Source of the DNA: an uncultured Acidobacteriota bacterium
GTDB lineage: Bacteria > Acidobacteriota > UBA6911
NCBI GenBank assembly: GCA_963843575.1
Contig: CAWJKZ010000017.1
Coordinates: forward strand, 1-64,000
Direction of reading: 5' to 3'
Length of the DNA: 64,000 nt
Notes under the pieces: generated by a model
The model's database searches: none
What the model was told of the DNA's origin: nothing
The model's input: only the letters and a program-made list of their open reading frames with translations
Made by a program: the position numbers and the translations under genes
Shown: positions 63,540-64,000 of the stretch, piece by piece
How the letters are laid out: every line of letters starts with the position of its first letter
Numbering within the stretch: position 1 is the stretch's first letter

Positions 63540-64000
63540 CTATGTGGCAAGCCCTGCCTTCCGGATGCGCTCAATGAGGCTCCGTTTATTCGCATGCTCC
63601 TCGCGCAGCCGGGTAATGCGTGTCTCGGCCTCGGCTTGCCGGCCACCGCGGATGCACAAATCCCGGAGGTCGCAAAGCAGGTCGATGGCCTCGTCGTACT
63701 TCTTGGGCTGTTTGGTGGCAATGAGCGCTTCCACCTGCCGCCAAGCCTCGGCCTCGTGCCTTGAGAGTTCGGTGAGGTGGCGCTCCCGCGCCGCAGCTGC
63801 TTCTCGCTCACGGCGCGCGTTCTCGCGGTCTGCACGCTCTGCCTCCCGGCGCATCCGTTCCTCCGCTCGCGCCGCCCCGGCCTCGAGGATTTCGCCGACC
63901 GTGCGGGCCTTGGCGACTGGAGCCTTGGGGACGCGGAGCGACTCGCGGAAACGAAGGAGCAACTCGGCACGAACGTGGGCCTCGGCGCCGCCGGTCAGGC
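63540..64000 (-). CDS. Hypothetical protein, C-terminal part (runs off window)
   Basis: RTVGEIL, EAWRQVEALI, YDEAIDLL.DLRDL. Confidence 0.7.
   Translation of the reverse strand, partial: LTGGAEAHVRAELLLRFRESLRVPKAPVAKARTVGEILEAGAARAEERMRREAERADRENARREREAAAARERHLTELSRHEAEAWRQVEALIATKQPKKYDEAIDLLCDLRDLCIRGGRQAEAETRITRLREEHANKRSLIERIRKAGLAT

Overview
High-GC (~65-68%) bacterial window. Gene content suggests Acidobacteriota (inference: acidobacterial-type TonB receptor fragment, DUF1080, Ser/Thr kinase-TPR, Tat-exported Gfo/Idh/MocA and DegT proteins). Positions 1-2170, just downstream of a tRNA-Met(CAT), hold a group II twintron: an RmInt1-like (class D) intron is inserted one nucleotide after the catalytic FADD codons of a second intron's reverse transcriptase, and the inner RT itself breaks off at about nt 23. 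An imuA-imuB-dnaE2 mutagenesis cassette follows, with a candidate SOS box and a divergent udgX pseudogene. Further on are signalling genes (REC-GGDEF, globin-coupled histidine kinase), a TatD-radical SAM fusion, an anaerobic ferredoxin block (PFOR, NfnAB, Vor-type oxidoreductase, a ~10-heme NapC/NirT-like cytochrome), an atypical PLP decarboxylase/epimerase/methyltransferase operon and many secreted or catabolic genes. Intergenic DNA carries at least five families of palindromic repeats, including a 144-bp MITE with a TTA target duplication nested inside another palindrome family. Several conserved genes have single-base frameshifts that are probably sequencing or assembly errors. No CRISPR array or rRNA was seen. 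All calls are by eye; no searches were run.
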